Positions 9,283 to 18,752 of a stretch of DNA of 63,254 bases are shown here, in pieces; positions within the stretch are counted from its first letter, which is position 1; each line of letters starts with the position of its first letter. The DNA comes from Pseudomonadota bacterium (GTDB lineage: Bacteria > Pseudomonadota > Alphaproteobacteria > Rickettsiales > RGZB01). The DNA lies in assembly GCA_010031735.1 (NCBI GenBank), contig RGZB01000005.1:1-63254 (forward strand). The letters run 5' to 3'. Both the position numbers and the translations under genes were made by a program. The notes below the pieces were generated by a model. That model saw only the letters and a list, made by a program, of their open reading frames with translations. It did no database searches and was not told the DNA's origin.

Positions 9283-11672
9283 GTGAGTGAACGGCCTGGG
9301 TCTTGCCGGGCTTCACCGGTTGCCCGTAATATCTTTGCGATGATCGGCACACGTCCGGTGTGCATATAGAGATTCACCTTATCAGGACTTGTGCCTTTCT
9401 CTTCTGCGATGGCGACCTTATCCAGTGTTGCTGCATCCCGTCGTGCACTAAAGAAATTTTTTGCCTGTTCGTACGTATCCACATTCATCGAACTCACCGC
9501 ATGCGGGCTGAGATTATTGGCGACTGCAATCTGATGTAGCATGGCTTCGATATTGATGACCACGCCATCTTCTTTGAAAGGATGGCGGCTGAAGATGGGT
9601 GGCATGGTAGTAGTGTCGGGCCTACTTGAGAGATCACCCTTGATCTTCTTCAAGAACAGATCCGGTTCGGACGGGACACCAAGGTCGAGCTTGCCGTCTG
9701 CGACGTACGCCATGAAATCCGCTTCGGTCATATAACGGAAATGGCGGGGTGAGACGAAAGGATCTGCACCGACATCACTGGGTTTCTTCGGTTCTTCGGC
9801 GAGGAACTTCTTCACATCATTAATGCCGATTTCATACGAAGTATCACTAAAGCCGGTCGCATTGCCGGGCGTGCCGTCCTTGTCCAGGATGGAATACGGT
9901 CCAAGGCCAGGCCCGATATCGATACGGATGCTATCGGGTTCGACGTGGTATTCCTCGAACATCGCTTTGATGGTTTTATCGAGTACACCGCTGCGTAGCC
10001 CATGGTGCGATCCCACCACGAGGGCCATCACCGGTTGGCCGCCATATTTATATCCGCGCACCAGAATGGTGTGTGCATCGCCACTCAACGCTGCGATCGG
10101 GCACTCCGGATCATCGGTGATGATGGCGTCGCCAGCAAATTTATGGATGGGTTCTGCACCCGCGTAGGCGTGTTCTACACTACGTATTTTGACCGGCTTC
10201 GTATCGACGATGACGTCCTCCGGGATGGATGCCTCGCGGCCATTTCCGATCTTGACGATGCCCGCCCCATATTGCGATTGCAACACGAAGAGATTCTCCA
10301 ATTTCACATCCATGAAATCAGCAGCCCGGCGGAAATTCTCGTGCGTATTTTCCTTTTTATCGCCGCCGGTCGTAAGTACGTTCAGGCCATTATCGCCAGG
10401 CATCAACCGATGCGGGTGGATGATGCCATAAGCCCCGGTTTTACGTCCTGCGTCGTCCGTGGTATCCGTGCTGACGCCGCCGTGATAAGTAAAGAACTCT
10501 GCATCGGTCCCGTTCATGGGGTTCGGGCTGTAGCTATGGATCAGCGGATAGAGATTACTTTTATAGACGCTATCAGCGAACGACAGTTTTCGGCTCGGTG
10601 GCACATGCATCGAGTCATCATGGCGGGTTTGTGCGGTGAGCGTTGAGTCGTTCAACATATGGAATTCGAGTAACGGGCCCCTCAATGCGTTGAAGGCATT
10701 TCGTACGGCAAGATCCGCTGCCTCAGGAGAGGATATACCCTTCAGGCTACAATGCGTGGTAAGCGCGGCCACACAATCGGTCACATCTTCTCTCAGGAAT
10801 GCGAGGAAGGTATCGCCCGAGCGATGAACGCGAGTGCCATGGGTATGGAGCTCAACGGTTTTTTCTCCCGTTCGCTGCACGATGCCTGCGGTTGAGCCGC
10901 TGAAGCTGCCGGTTACGATTTGCGGAGTGTAATGGTGCGGGCCTCCGCTGATGGCAGGCTCACTCAGCAGCGGATCGAATTTCGAAGCCGTGAAGGTAAG
11001 CGATGCCACCACCTGCCTGTTGCTAAGATCAAGGTGGAACGCTGTGAGCGAAGGAAGGAATTTTTTGGCTTCACGGATATCCAACCGTGCCACTTCAGAA
11101 GTGCGTCCGGGCAGATATTCCTTGCAATGATCCGTCAGGTGACCAAGGGTTGCTTTGGCTACGACCATAGCCTCGATACATGCTTTGGGTGTGGTAGGTG
11201 TAACAGCGGTGTTTATTCGGCTGTTGAATGCATCCAGCTTCACCTTATCGATCGTGCCATCCGCCCGTAGTGCCGCGAAGGCAAGATAGGCTTGCTTGAT
11301 CTCGTAGTCTGCTATGTAGCGCATACGTTCGATGGTCTCATCGGCATGAGACAGGCGTTGAACAGGTAAACCCAATTGTACGAATGCGCCTTGCCGTGCA
11401 ACGGTGCCTAGCTGTGCTTCATTCACATTGAGTTTCAGCGGGTCCGAGGGAAGGGTGGCGGCGATATCCGGTGCATGCAGCAGGAGTGAGAGGTGGAATT
11501 CGCGGTCCGGCTCCGGGAGGGTTCTTGCTACCAATCCCAGACGTTCAAACCACCCACGACGCGATGCGAGACGTGGCTTATCCACCTGCGTGAGGTCGAT
11601 CGCGTGCAATAGGATTTTCTGCCCGGGTTCTTGGCGAAGTGGAATCTCTGCTAGCAGGCGATTTGTCGGCAT
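9276..11672 (-). CDS. 798-aa protein: unknown N-terminal half plus a degenerate YfiH/PgeF (LACC1-like) domain
   Basis: FFTYHGGVS, GLNV...D...EN, GDAIITDDP, IGPG...SYEIG, DTY...FFSARRD, GR follow YfiH motif order; catalytic H/C/H positions substituted. Confidence 0.75.
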   Translation of the reverse strand: MPTNRLLAEIPLRQEPGQKILLHAIDLTQVDKPRLASRRGWFERLGLVARTLPEPDREFHLSLLLHAPDIAATLPSDPLKLNVNEAQLGTVARQGAFVQLGLPVQRLSHADETIERMRYIADYEIKQAYLAFAALRADGTIDKVKLDAFNSRINTAVTPTTPKACIEAMVVAKATLGHLTDHCKEYLPGRTSEVARLDIREAKKFLPSLTAFHLDLSNRQVVASLTFTASKFDPLLSEPAISGGPHHYTPQIVTGSFSGSTAGIVQRTGEKTVELHTHGTRVHRSGDTFLAFLREDVTDCVAALTTHCSLKGISSPEAADLAVRNAFNALRGPLLEFHMLNDSTLTAQTRHDDSMHVPPSRKLSFADSVYKSNLYPLIHSYSPNPMNGTDAEFFTYHGGVSTDTTDDAGRKTGAYGIIHPHRLMPGDNGLNVLTTGGDKKENTHENFRRAADFMDVKLENLFVLQSQYGAGIVKIGNGREASIPEDVIVDTKPVKIRSVEHAYAGAEPIHKFAGDAIITDDPECPIAALSGDAHTILVRGYKYGGQPVMALVVGSHHGLRSGVLDKTIKAMFEEYHVEPDSIRIDIGPGLGPYSILDKDGTPGNATGFSDTSYEIGINDVKKFLAEEPKKPSDVGADPFVSPRHFRYMTEADFMAYVADGKLDLGVPSEPDLFLKKIKGDLSSRPDTTTMPPIFSRHPFKEDGVVINIEAMLHQIAVANNLSPHAVSSMNVDTYEQAKNFFSARRDAATLDKVAIAEEKGTSPDKVNLYMHTGRVPIIAKILRATGEARQDPGRSLTY

Positions 11673-11720
11673 ATCCTTGCCTTACAGAAGGTTACATGCC
11701 CTTACTGTGGCATAAAATGG

Positions 11721-11735
11721 TTAAGATTCGATTAA
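11721..11735 (-). promoter_or_regulatory. CtrA-type box with an internal GANTC site
   Basis: TTAA gattcga TTAA; on the minus strand 11 nt later CACAGT (-10-like); ~50 nt upstream of the 798-aa ORF. Confidence 0.7.
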
Positions 11736-11778
11736 GGGCAGGCGGCTTTTTAAAATCTAAGCGACTGAAAAATAGGCG

Positions 11779-14001
11779 TTATACCTTTTTGACATAATCT
11801 TCGACTACGGTCTTGATGCCCGCTTTGTCGAATTTGATGGTGAGATGTTGGCCATCCACTTTGGCGACGCTGCCGTATCCGAATTTGATGTGGAAGATGC
11901 GTGTGCCGACCGGATAGGGGTGGCTGCTTGCTGCCTGCACGATCGGTGCGGCGGCTTTCGTCATCGGCCCCTGATAGGTGTGGGCAGTTTTTTCACGGAA
12001 ACCATACGATGATTGGGGAGCGGTCGAACGTTGTGCGGTATTGCCGGTGCCCATGTTCATCTGGTCGATATGCGCGCTTGGAAGTTCATCAACGAAACGT
12101 GACGGCAGATTATTCTGCCATTGGTTATAGACGCGGCGGTTGGCGACAAAACTGATCGTGAGCCACTTGCGCGCGCGCGTGATGCCGACGTAGGCGAGAC
12201 GGCGCTCCTCTTCCAAGCCGGCACCACCCGATTCATCGAGCGCGCGCTGGTGGGGGAAGATGCCTTCTTCCCAACCCGGCAGGAATACCGCAGGGAATTC
12301 AAGGCCTTTTGCAGCGTGGAGCGTCATCACGTTCACCAGGCTCGCCTGATCCATCTCTTCGATGTCGGTGACTAAACTCACGTGCTCTAAGAAGCCCTCA
12401 AGCGTTTCGAATTCATCGAGCGCCGTCAGCAACTCTTTCAAGTTCTCCAGACGGCCTTCGGCTTCGGTGCTCTTATCGCTTTCCCACATGCGCTTATAAC
12501 CGGATTCGGTCATGACCTTTTCAGCGAGGTCGCGCGGCTTCAGGATCGCCGCTTCTTCGGCCCAGCGGTCGCGGTCTTTCACGAAGAGCTCGAGCACCGC
12601 CGTGGTTTTATTCTTGGAGGCGGTCTGTGCGACCATCTTCCGGACACCTTCGAAGAGCGAGATATGCATCCCGCGTGCAAAATTACGGATATCATCGAGC
12701 GTGCCTTTGCCGATGCCGCGCTTCGGTGTGTTGATGATGCGCTCGAACGCGAGATCGTCTTCCCCTTGCGCGATCAAACGCAAGTACGCGATCATGTCGC
12801 GGATCTCCATACGCTCATAGAAACGAAGACCCCCGACGACGCGGTACGGGATGCCGGCGGAGATGAAACACTCCTCGAATGCACGGGTTTGGAAACCGGC
12901 ACGCACCAGCACGGCGATATCAGACGGCTTCACTTTATGGATGCTTTGCAGCGCATCGATCTCCTGTGCGACATATTGCGCTTCGTGGCGATCGTCCCAG
13001 AGTGAGATGACCTTCACTTTGTTGGTGCTCTCATCATCTGTCCAGAGTGTTTTACCGAGTCGGCCTTTATTGTAGGCGATCAGGCCACTCGCCGCAGCCA
13101 GGATATCTTTCGTCGAGCGATAGTTGCGCTCCAGGCGAATGGTTTTCGCATCCGGGAAATCTTTATCGAACTTCAGGATGTTCGCGACTTCGGCACCGCG
13201 CCAGCTGTAGATCGACTGATCGTCATCCCCGACACAGCAGATATTGCGATGCCCTTGCGCGAGCAAACGCAGCCACAGATATTGCGCGACGTTCGTATCC
13301 TGATACTCATCGACCAGAATATATTTAAAGCGGCGCTGGTATTCGGAGAGGATATCCGGGTTGTTCAGGAATAGCGTCAGCATGTGCAGGAGCAGATCGC
13401 CGAAGTCCGTTGCGGAAAGGGATTTGAGGCGCGCTTGGTAGGCCGTGTAGAGTTGCAGCAATTTACCGCCCGCGAAATCGGAGACTTCATCGGCCGGTAC
13501 TTTCTCCGGCGTGTAGCCACGATCCTTGAAGCGCTGGATGAGGTAAGAGAGGGTTTTCACCGGCCAGCGTTTATCGTCGATATGGTATTCCGCCATCAGG
13601 TTTTTTAAGAGACGCATCTGGTCGTCATCATCCAGGATCGTGAAACTCGATTTCAAGCCTACGAGTTCTGCATGGCGGCGGAGAATCTTTACGCCGATCG
13701 AGTGGAACGTGCCGAGCCACAGGCCACCCGCATTCGGTCCCGCCATCCCTTCGATGCGGTGCTGCATCTCCCGTGCCGCTTTATTGGTGAACGTGACGGC
13801 CAGGATCTGGCTGGGGAAGGCGAGATTCTGCTGGAGGATATGCGCGATCCGGGAGGTGAGCACGCGTGTTTTGCCCGTACCTGCCCCCGCGAGCACCAGG
13901 ACAGGCCCTTCGGTCGTGACCACCGCCTCACGCTGGGACTCATTTAAGGTATCAAGCAGCGGATTCGTGGCAGGGGGCATCGTGGTTTCAGCAGAAAACA
14001 T
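11779..14001 (-). CDS. uvrD: ATP-dependent DNA helicase UvrD/PcrA
   Basis: AGAGTGKT, TFTNKAA, VDEYQDTN, VGDDDQSIY, TLHAAKGLEF, EEERRLAYV, C-terminal Tudor-like domain. Confidence 0.96.
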   Translation of the reverse strand: MFSAETTMPPATNPLLDTLNESQREAVVTTEGPVLVLAGAGTGKTRVLTSRIAHILQQNLAFPSQILAVTFTNKAAREMQHRIEGMAGPNAGGLWLGTFHSIGVKILRRHAELVGLKSSFTILDDDDQMRLLKNLMAEYHIDDKRWPVKTLSYLIQRFKDRGYTPEKVPADEVSDFAGGKLLQLYTAYQARLKSLSATDFGDLLLHMLTLFLNNPDILSEYQRRFKYILVDEYQDTNVAQYLWLRLLAQGHRNICCVGDDDQSIYSWRGAEVANILKFDKDFPDAKTIRLERNYRSTKDILAAASGLIAYNKGRLGKTLWTDDESTNKVKVISLWDDRHEAQYVAQEIDALQSIHKVKPSDIAVLVRAGFQTRAFEECFISAGIPYRVVGGLRFYERMEIRDMIAYLRLIAQGEDDLAFERIINTPKRGIGKGTLDDIRNFARGMHISLFEGVRKMVAQTASKNKTTAVLELFVKDRDRWAEEAAILKPRDLAEKVMTESGYKRMWESDKSTEAEGRLENLKELLTALDEFETLEGFLEHVSLVTDIEEMDQASLVNVMTLHAAKGLEFPAVFLPGWEEGIFPHQRALDESGGAGLEEERRLAYVGITRARKWLTISFVANRRVYNQWQNNLPSRFVDELPSAHIDQMNMGTGNTAQRSTAPQSSYGFREKTAHTYQGPMTKAAAPIVQAASSHPYPVGTRIFHIKFGYGSVAKVDGQHLTIKFDKAGIKTVVEDYVKKV

Positions 14002-14118
14002 AAAGGTATTTCAACGGGTTGCAAGAGGGGTGGTTTTTGCACGAAAATAATTGCGTCAGACCCCCTTTTTCTTTGCTGTTTATAGCACTATATTAGCTCC
14101 TAGTGAAAGGATAAAAAC

Positions 14119-14532
14119 ATGGCATCCGCGCTACAATCCTATACCGAAGTAACGAAAGCAATCCGCGTCTCCGTGGAGCCGGTTTTCCTTGAGCATCAAT
14201 CTTCGCCCGACGAGCAACAATATGCCTGGGCGTATAGCGTCACGCTCGAGAATACCGGTAAAGAAATCGTGCAACTCATCAGTCGTCACTGGAAGATCGC
14301 AGACGCGAACGGGGTGATGAAAGAAGTGCGCGGTCCGGGTGTCGTGGGTGAGCAACCGGTCTTGAAGCCCGGCCAGAAATACGAATACACCAGCGGCACG
14401 CTGCTCCACACCTCGAGCGGTGTGATGTTCGGTACGTATCAGATGGTGAACGAAGAAGGCCAGATGTTCGATATCGCGATCCCGGCATTCTCACTCGACA
14501 TGCCTGCCAAACGCGCCGGCTATCTCCACTAG
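14119..14532 (+). CDS. apaG: ApaG protein
   Basis: QLISRHWKI, GPGVVGEQP, YEYTSG, IPAFSL. Confidence 0.95.
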   Translation: MASALQSYTEVTKAIRVSVEPVFLEHQSSPDEQQYAWAYSVTLENTGKEIVQLISRHWKIADANGVMKEVRGPGVVGEQPVLKPGQKYEYTSGTLLHTSSGVMFGTYQMVNEEGQMFDIAIPAFSLDMPAKRAGYLH

Positions 14533-14535
14533 ACC

Positions 14536-16008
14536 CTACAACCCGTTGGCCATACGCACCTGTTCTGCCGGCGGCAACTCTCCGCCCTTTTCCGGCTGCG
14601 TGATCGCAAGCTCTTCCATGCGGCGATAGAGCGTCGAACGTCCGATGCCTAGCCGGCGTGCGACCTCCGAAATGTGCCAGTCATAATGCGTGAGCGCAGA
14701 GCGGATGACATCCGCCTCGATCTCTGCGAGTTTGCGGAAATCGCCGCCGTTATGCGAAAGTGCCACCATCGATTTTCCCGCTACCGAAAGCGGCGCAAGC
14801 GGGGTCATTTTCGGATCATCCGAGGTCTGCAGGAAACTAAAATGTTCGGCATCCAGCCATTCACCTTGCGAGAGTACGATCGCACGGAGCACGGCATTCT
14901 GCAATTGGCGCACATTGCCGGGCCATTCATAACTGCAGAGTGTTTCGAGCGCACGGGAGGTGAGGCCGTGAATCTTCCGATCTTCCTTCGCAGAGATCGT
15001 GGCGGTGAAATGTTCGAGCAACATCGCGATATCCTCCCTGCCACGCACGCGAAGCGATGGGATATGCACCGGGAACACATTCACGCGGTAGTAAAGATCC
15101 TCACGGAATTTGCCGGAGACCATCAAACGTTTGAGATCCCGGTTGGTGGCGAAGATGAAGCGTACATCGACCTTCACCGGCTTGCCACCACCGACGGGTT
15201 CCACTTCTTTTTCTTGCAGCGCCCTTAGCAACTTTACCTGCATCGCGGGGGTGAGCTCCGCGATCTCATCGAGGAACAGCGTGCCACCTTCGGCCTCACG
15301 GAATTTGCCGAGTGATTTTTGCACCGCCCCGGTAAAGGCCCCTTTTTCGTGACCGAAGAGCGTGCTCTCGAGAAGATTCTCCGGGATCGCCCCGCAATTG
15401 ACCGCGACGAACGGCTTCCCTGCACGGGCGGACGTGCCATGAATGATGCGCGCGAAAAGTTCCTTGCCGACACCGCTCTCACCCTTCAGGATCGTCGCGA
15501 TATCGGAAGCGGCCGCTTTCTGTGCGATGACGATCACGTCTTTCAAAGGGCGGCTGGTGCCGATGATATCTTTGAAGCCACCGAGACCCTGGATGTTGCG
15601 CTCGAGCTGCTTCAGCTGGAGCCGGAGGGTGGAGCCCTGCAGTGCGTTCAGCACCGAGGTTTCGATTCGCTCCGGCGGTTCATGTTTGAGAATGAAATCG
15701 GAGGCGCCGGATTGCAGCGCCTGCACGGCATAATCCATACTGCTATGGGCAGTGACGACGATGAAAGGCAGTTCCGGGTGGGCGGGTTTCAGTGCACGAA
15801 TCACATCGATACCGCTCATCTCTGGCATCTCGACATCGATCAACACTACATCTATCGGGTTCGAACTTTTGGGGCTGTTGATCAAGCGGATCGCCTCCCG
15901 TCCACTCGAGGCAGTAACCACCTGAAAACGCAGTCGCTGTCGAACAATCGACGCGATGGCCTGCAGTTGCATCGCATTGTCGTCTACCACCAGAACCGTA
16001 TACACCAT
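14536..16008 (-). CDS. sigma-54-dependent response regulator (TacA/NtrC-like)
   Basis: Receiver (VLVVDD, IDVEMP), GESGVGKE, GAFTGA, FLDEI, WPGNVRQL, Fis-type HTH; start placed at MVYTV. Confidence 0.9.
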   Translation of the reverse strand: MVYTVLVVDDNAMQLQAIASIVRQRLRFQVVTASSGREAIRLINSPKSSNPIDVVLIDVEMPEMSGIDVIRALKPAHPELPFIVVTAHSSMDYAVQALQSGASDFILKHEPPERIETSVLNALQGSTLRLQLKQLERNIQGLGGFKDIIGTSRPLKDVIVIAQKAAASDIATILKGESGVGKELFARIIHGTSARAGKPFVAVNCGAIPENLLESTLFGHEKGAFTGAVQKSLGKFREAEGGTLFLDEIAELTPAMQVKLLRALQEKEVEPVGGGKPVKVDVRFIFATNRDLKRLMVSGKFREDLYYRVNVFPVHIPSLRVRGREDIAMLLEHFTATISAKEDRKIHGLTSRALETLCSYEWPGNVRQLQNAVLRAIVLSQGEWLDAEHFSFLQTSDDPKMTPLAPLSVAGKSMVALSHNGGDFRKLAEIEADVIRSALTHYDWHISEVARRLGIGRSTLYRRMEELAITQPEKGGELPPAEQVRMANGL

Positions 16009-16190
16009 AGTACAACCCTTAGTTTTAAAACAATCTCTCATTAATACAACCTAAGGTTACAAAAAGGTTGTTAAAAGTCAACCGCTTTACAACATAACGT
16101 TAACGATGGGCGGGGCTTCTGGCTTGCACATTGGCAGCTAAACTGCTACGAATACGGCATAAATACAGTACTTGCAGAGGTTTTTCCCAC

Positions 16191-16871
16191 GTGAACGCCG
16201 CCAATCAAAATAAAATCAAAATTGCACCCTCGATTTTGTCCGCTGACTTCGCTTGTTTGGGCGATGAGGTGGCGAATATCACCAAAGCCGGTGCCGATTA
16301 CATCCACGTGGATGTGATGGATGGGCACTTCGTGCCGAACCTCACCATTGGCCCGCTCGTCGTGAAAGCGGTCCGTCCGCACACACACCTGCCGCTCGAT
16401 GTGCACTTGATGATCGAACCCCCGGAGCCGTATATCGAGGCGTTCGCGAGTGCCGGTGCGGATATCATCACCGTGCACGCGGAAGCCGTGACGCATCTGG
16501 ACCGCGTGATCGCACAGATCAAATCGCTCAAGAAAAAAGCCGGCGTTTCCATCGTGCCGTCGACCCCGCCGGATGTGCTGGATTATGTACTACCGCTCGT
16601 CGATCTCGTGCTCGTGATGTCGGTGAACCCGGGATTCGGTGGCCAGCAGTTCATCCCGTATTCGCTCGAGAAACTGCGTGAGCTCCGCTACATGATCGAC
16701 GAGACCGGCCGGGATATCGATCTCGAAGTGGACGGTGGCATCAATCCGCAGACGGCAGGACTCGTCGTGGAAGCGGGCGCGAACGTGCTCGTGGCTGGTA
16801 GCGCGGTGTTTGGTGGCGATCCGAAGCGGTATGCCTCCAACATCCAGGCGCTCCGTAGCGCGAAGGCATAG
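16191..16871 (+). CDS. rpe: ribulose-phosphate 3-epimerase
   Basis: [36 protein letters not shown]; GTG start inferred. Confidence 0.96.
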   Translation: MNAANQNKIKIAPSILSADFACLGDEVANITKAGADYIHVDVMDGHFVPNLTIGPLVVKAVRPHTHLPLDVHLMIEPPEPYIEAFASAGADIITVHAEAVTHLDRVIAQIKSLKKKAGVSIVPSTPPDVLDYVLPLVDLVLVMSVNPGFGGQQFIPYSLEKLRELRYMIDETGRDIDLEVDGGINPQTAGLVVEAGANVLVAGSAVFGGDPKRYASNIQALRSAKA

Positions 16872-16876
16872 AGACC

Positions 16877-17449
16877 ATGGGAAAAGTCATTACACTCGCC
16901 GTAAACGATCACATGCAAGCCGTGAAAGGCTTTTTCGATGAGCATGCGGAAGATATCGATAATCTCGCGGCACGCACCGCAGCGTGTTTAGAAGATGGCG
17001 GCAAGATCCTGCTCTGCGGCAATGGCGGCAGTGCGTGCGATGCACTGCATATCGCCGGTGAATTCGTCGGCCGTTTCGTCAAAGACCGACGCGCACTCCC
17101 CGCGATGGCACTCTCCGCCGATGCAGGGATTTTAACCGCGGTCGGTAACGATTACGGTTTCGAACAGGTCTTCTCCCGCCAGGTGGAAGCACACGGCAAC
17201 AAAGGCGATATCCTGATCGCGATCTCGACCTCGGGCCAGAGCCCGAACATCATCCGCGCACTCGAAGTCGCCAAAAAACGCGGGCTTTACACGGTGATGC
17301 TCACGGGGGAAAAAGGCAGCAAGGTGAAGAAATCAAACCTGCGCCTCGTCGTGCCGAGCACGGTCACCGCGCGCATCCAGGAAGTGCATATCTTCGCATT
17401 ACAACTGCTGTGCGGATTGGTCGAACAGAAAATGGGTATCGGCCAATGA
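16877..17449 (+). CDS. gmhA: D-sedoheptulose-7-phosphate isomerase
   Basis: CGNGGSACDA, NDYGF, ISTSGQSPN, RIQEVH. Confidence 0.93.
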   Translation: MGKVITLAVNDHMQAVKGFFDEHAEDIDNLAARTAACLEDGGKILLCGNGGSACDALHIAGEFVGRFVKDRRALPAMALSADAGILTAVGNDYGFEQVFSRQVEAHGNKGDILIAISTSGQSPNIIRALEVAKKRGLYTVMLTGEKGSKVKKSNLRLVVPSTVTARIQEVHIFALQLLCGLVEQKMGIGQ

Positions 17450-17601
17450 CCGAGACCGAAATCAAAAAACCGGTAGAGAAAAAGAAACCGGAAACTTTCC
17501 CAGAATCAGAGGCGAAACCAGAAGAATTCGGTGGCCCGAAAGGCCCTGAGCCCACACGCTTCGGCGACTGGGAACTGAAAGGCAAGTGCGTCGATTTTTA
17601 A
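17446..17601 (+). CDS. DUF1674 / SDHAF4-like small protein
   Basis: EFGGPKGPEPTRFGDWELKGKCVDF; ATG overlaps gmhA stop. Confidence 0.92.
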   Translation: MTETEIKKPVEKKKPETFPESEAKPEEFGGPKGPEPTRFGDWELKGKCVDF

Positions 17602-17777
17602 GAATGCCTATTTCTCAGATTTTCGATGTACTTAATATGGCCAGCTTTTACAGTTTCTAAAGACTCAGTGTACATTTGTTGTATAGCTACAGAATCGTAA
17701 CGCGGCGCTTTATTGATTAGAGCTGCTGTAATAGTTGCAGTGGCAATTATAAAAGATTCTTCTCTGTTATCACTCAT
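17598..17777 (-). CDS. AT-rich small hypothetical protein, 59 aa
   Basis: Hand translation MSDNREESFIIATATITAALINKAPRYDSVAIQQMYTESLETVKAGHIKYIENLRNRHS; GGAG RBS 5 nt before ATG; stop overlaps the DUF1674 stop. Confidence 0.55.
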   Translation of the reverse strand: MSDNREESFIIATATITAALINKAPRYDSVAIQQMYTESLETVKAGHIKYIENLRNRHS

Positions 17778-17851
17778 ACATTCTCCAAAAAGTTACAGCA
17801 TAATGCTAAAGAACATGTAGGTGAGTTTTTATGCTCGTCAAGGAGGGGAAT

Positions 17852-18661
17852 CTAGCTCTGGAACTGTTCCTTGAGGATGCGTTCTTCCAAGCTGTGGCCC
17901 GGATCGAAGAGGAGCGTCACGGATTGGGATTTATCTTTCATCACCTCGACACTCACCACATTTTTCGTCGCAACGAAATCCGCGACCGCAGTGACGGGAC
18001 GCTTTTTCGGGTCGATCACCTGGAAGCCGACGCGTGCACGGTCCGGCAGTATCGCACCGCCCCACCGGCGCGGGCGGAACGGGCTGATCGGCGTGAGCGA
18101 CACGATCTCGGTACGAAGCGGCATGATGGGGCCGCCAAGTGAAGCATTATAGGCCGATGAGCCTGCCGGCGTGGAAACGAGCACGCCGTCACCCACCAAC
18201 TCTTTCATCTGTACGATCCCATCGATGCTGATCTGGATGTGTGCTGCTTGTGCCGTCTGGCGCATCAATGATACTTCGTTGATGGCGCGGCGTTCGATGA
18301 CTTTATCTTCACGTGTCAGCACTTTCATGAGCAGCGGGTGGATCATCGTCGGGCGTGCCGCCGCGATACGTTCTAAGAGTTTCTTTTCCTGGTACGTATT
18401 CATGAGGAAGCCGACCGTGCCGCAGTTCATGCCGTAGATCGGGATACCGCTGTTGATGAATTCGTGGAGCGTGTGCAGCATGAAGCCGTCACCGCCCAGT
18501 GCGAGTACCACATCGACCTTTGCTTTTTCGGGTTTTTCTGCGTCGATGCGCGTAAAATCATAGAGCTTTGCTAAGCGTGAAAGCGCCTGACGCGCCGCTT
18601 TCGTTTCGCTTGCGATCACACCGATCGATAAGGTCGGGAGGGTGGACAAGGGAGGCTCCAA
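17852..18661 (-). CDS. nadK: NAD kinase
   Basis: LGGDGFML, GTVGFLMN, NEVS, DGVLVSTPAGSSAYN. Confidence 0.94.
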   Translation of the reverse strand: MEPPLSTLPTLSIGVIASETKAARQALSRLAKLYDFTRIDAEKPEKAKVDVVLALGGDGFMLHTLHEFINSGIPIYGMNCGTVGFLMNTYQEKKLLERIAAARPTMIHPLLMKVLTREDKVIERRAINEVSLMRQTAQAAHIQISIDGIVQMKELVGDGVLVSTPAGSSAYNASLGGPIMPLRTEIVSLTPISPFRPRRWGGAILPDRARVGFQVIDPKKRPVTAVADFVATKNVVSVEVMKDKSQSVTLLFDPGHSLEERILKEQFQS

Positions 18662-18752
18662 AAAGTGATTTCCGGAGTCATATTAGCACGGATGGGGCGG
18701 AAATCTTAAGAAAATAAATTGCCGCAGCGCACAAACAGCCGCGGGTAGGGGA

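Noticed and set aside
16021-16105. Full CtrA box upstream of the TacA-like gene
   Set aside because: Only TTAA half-sites; none paired at 7-nt spacing, so it is reported only as supporting evidence
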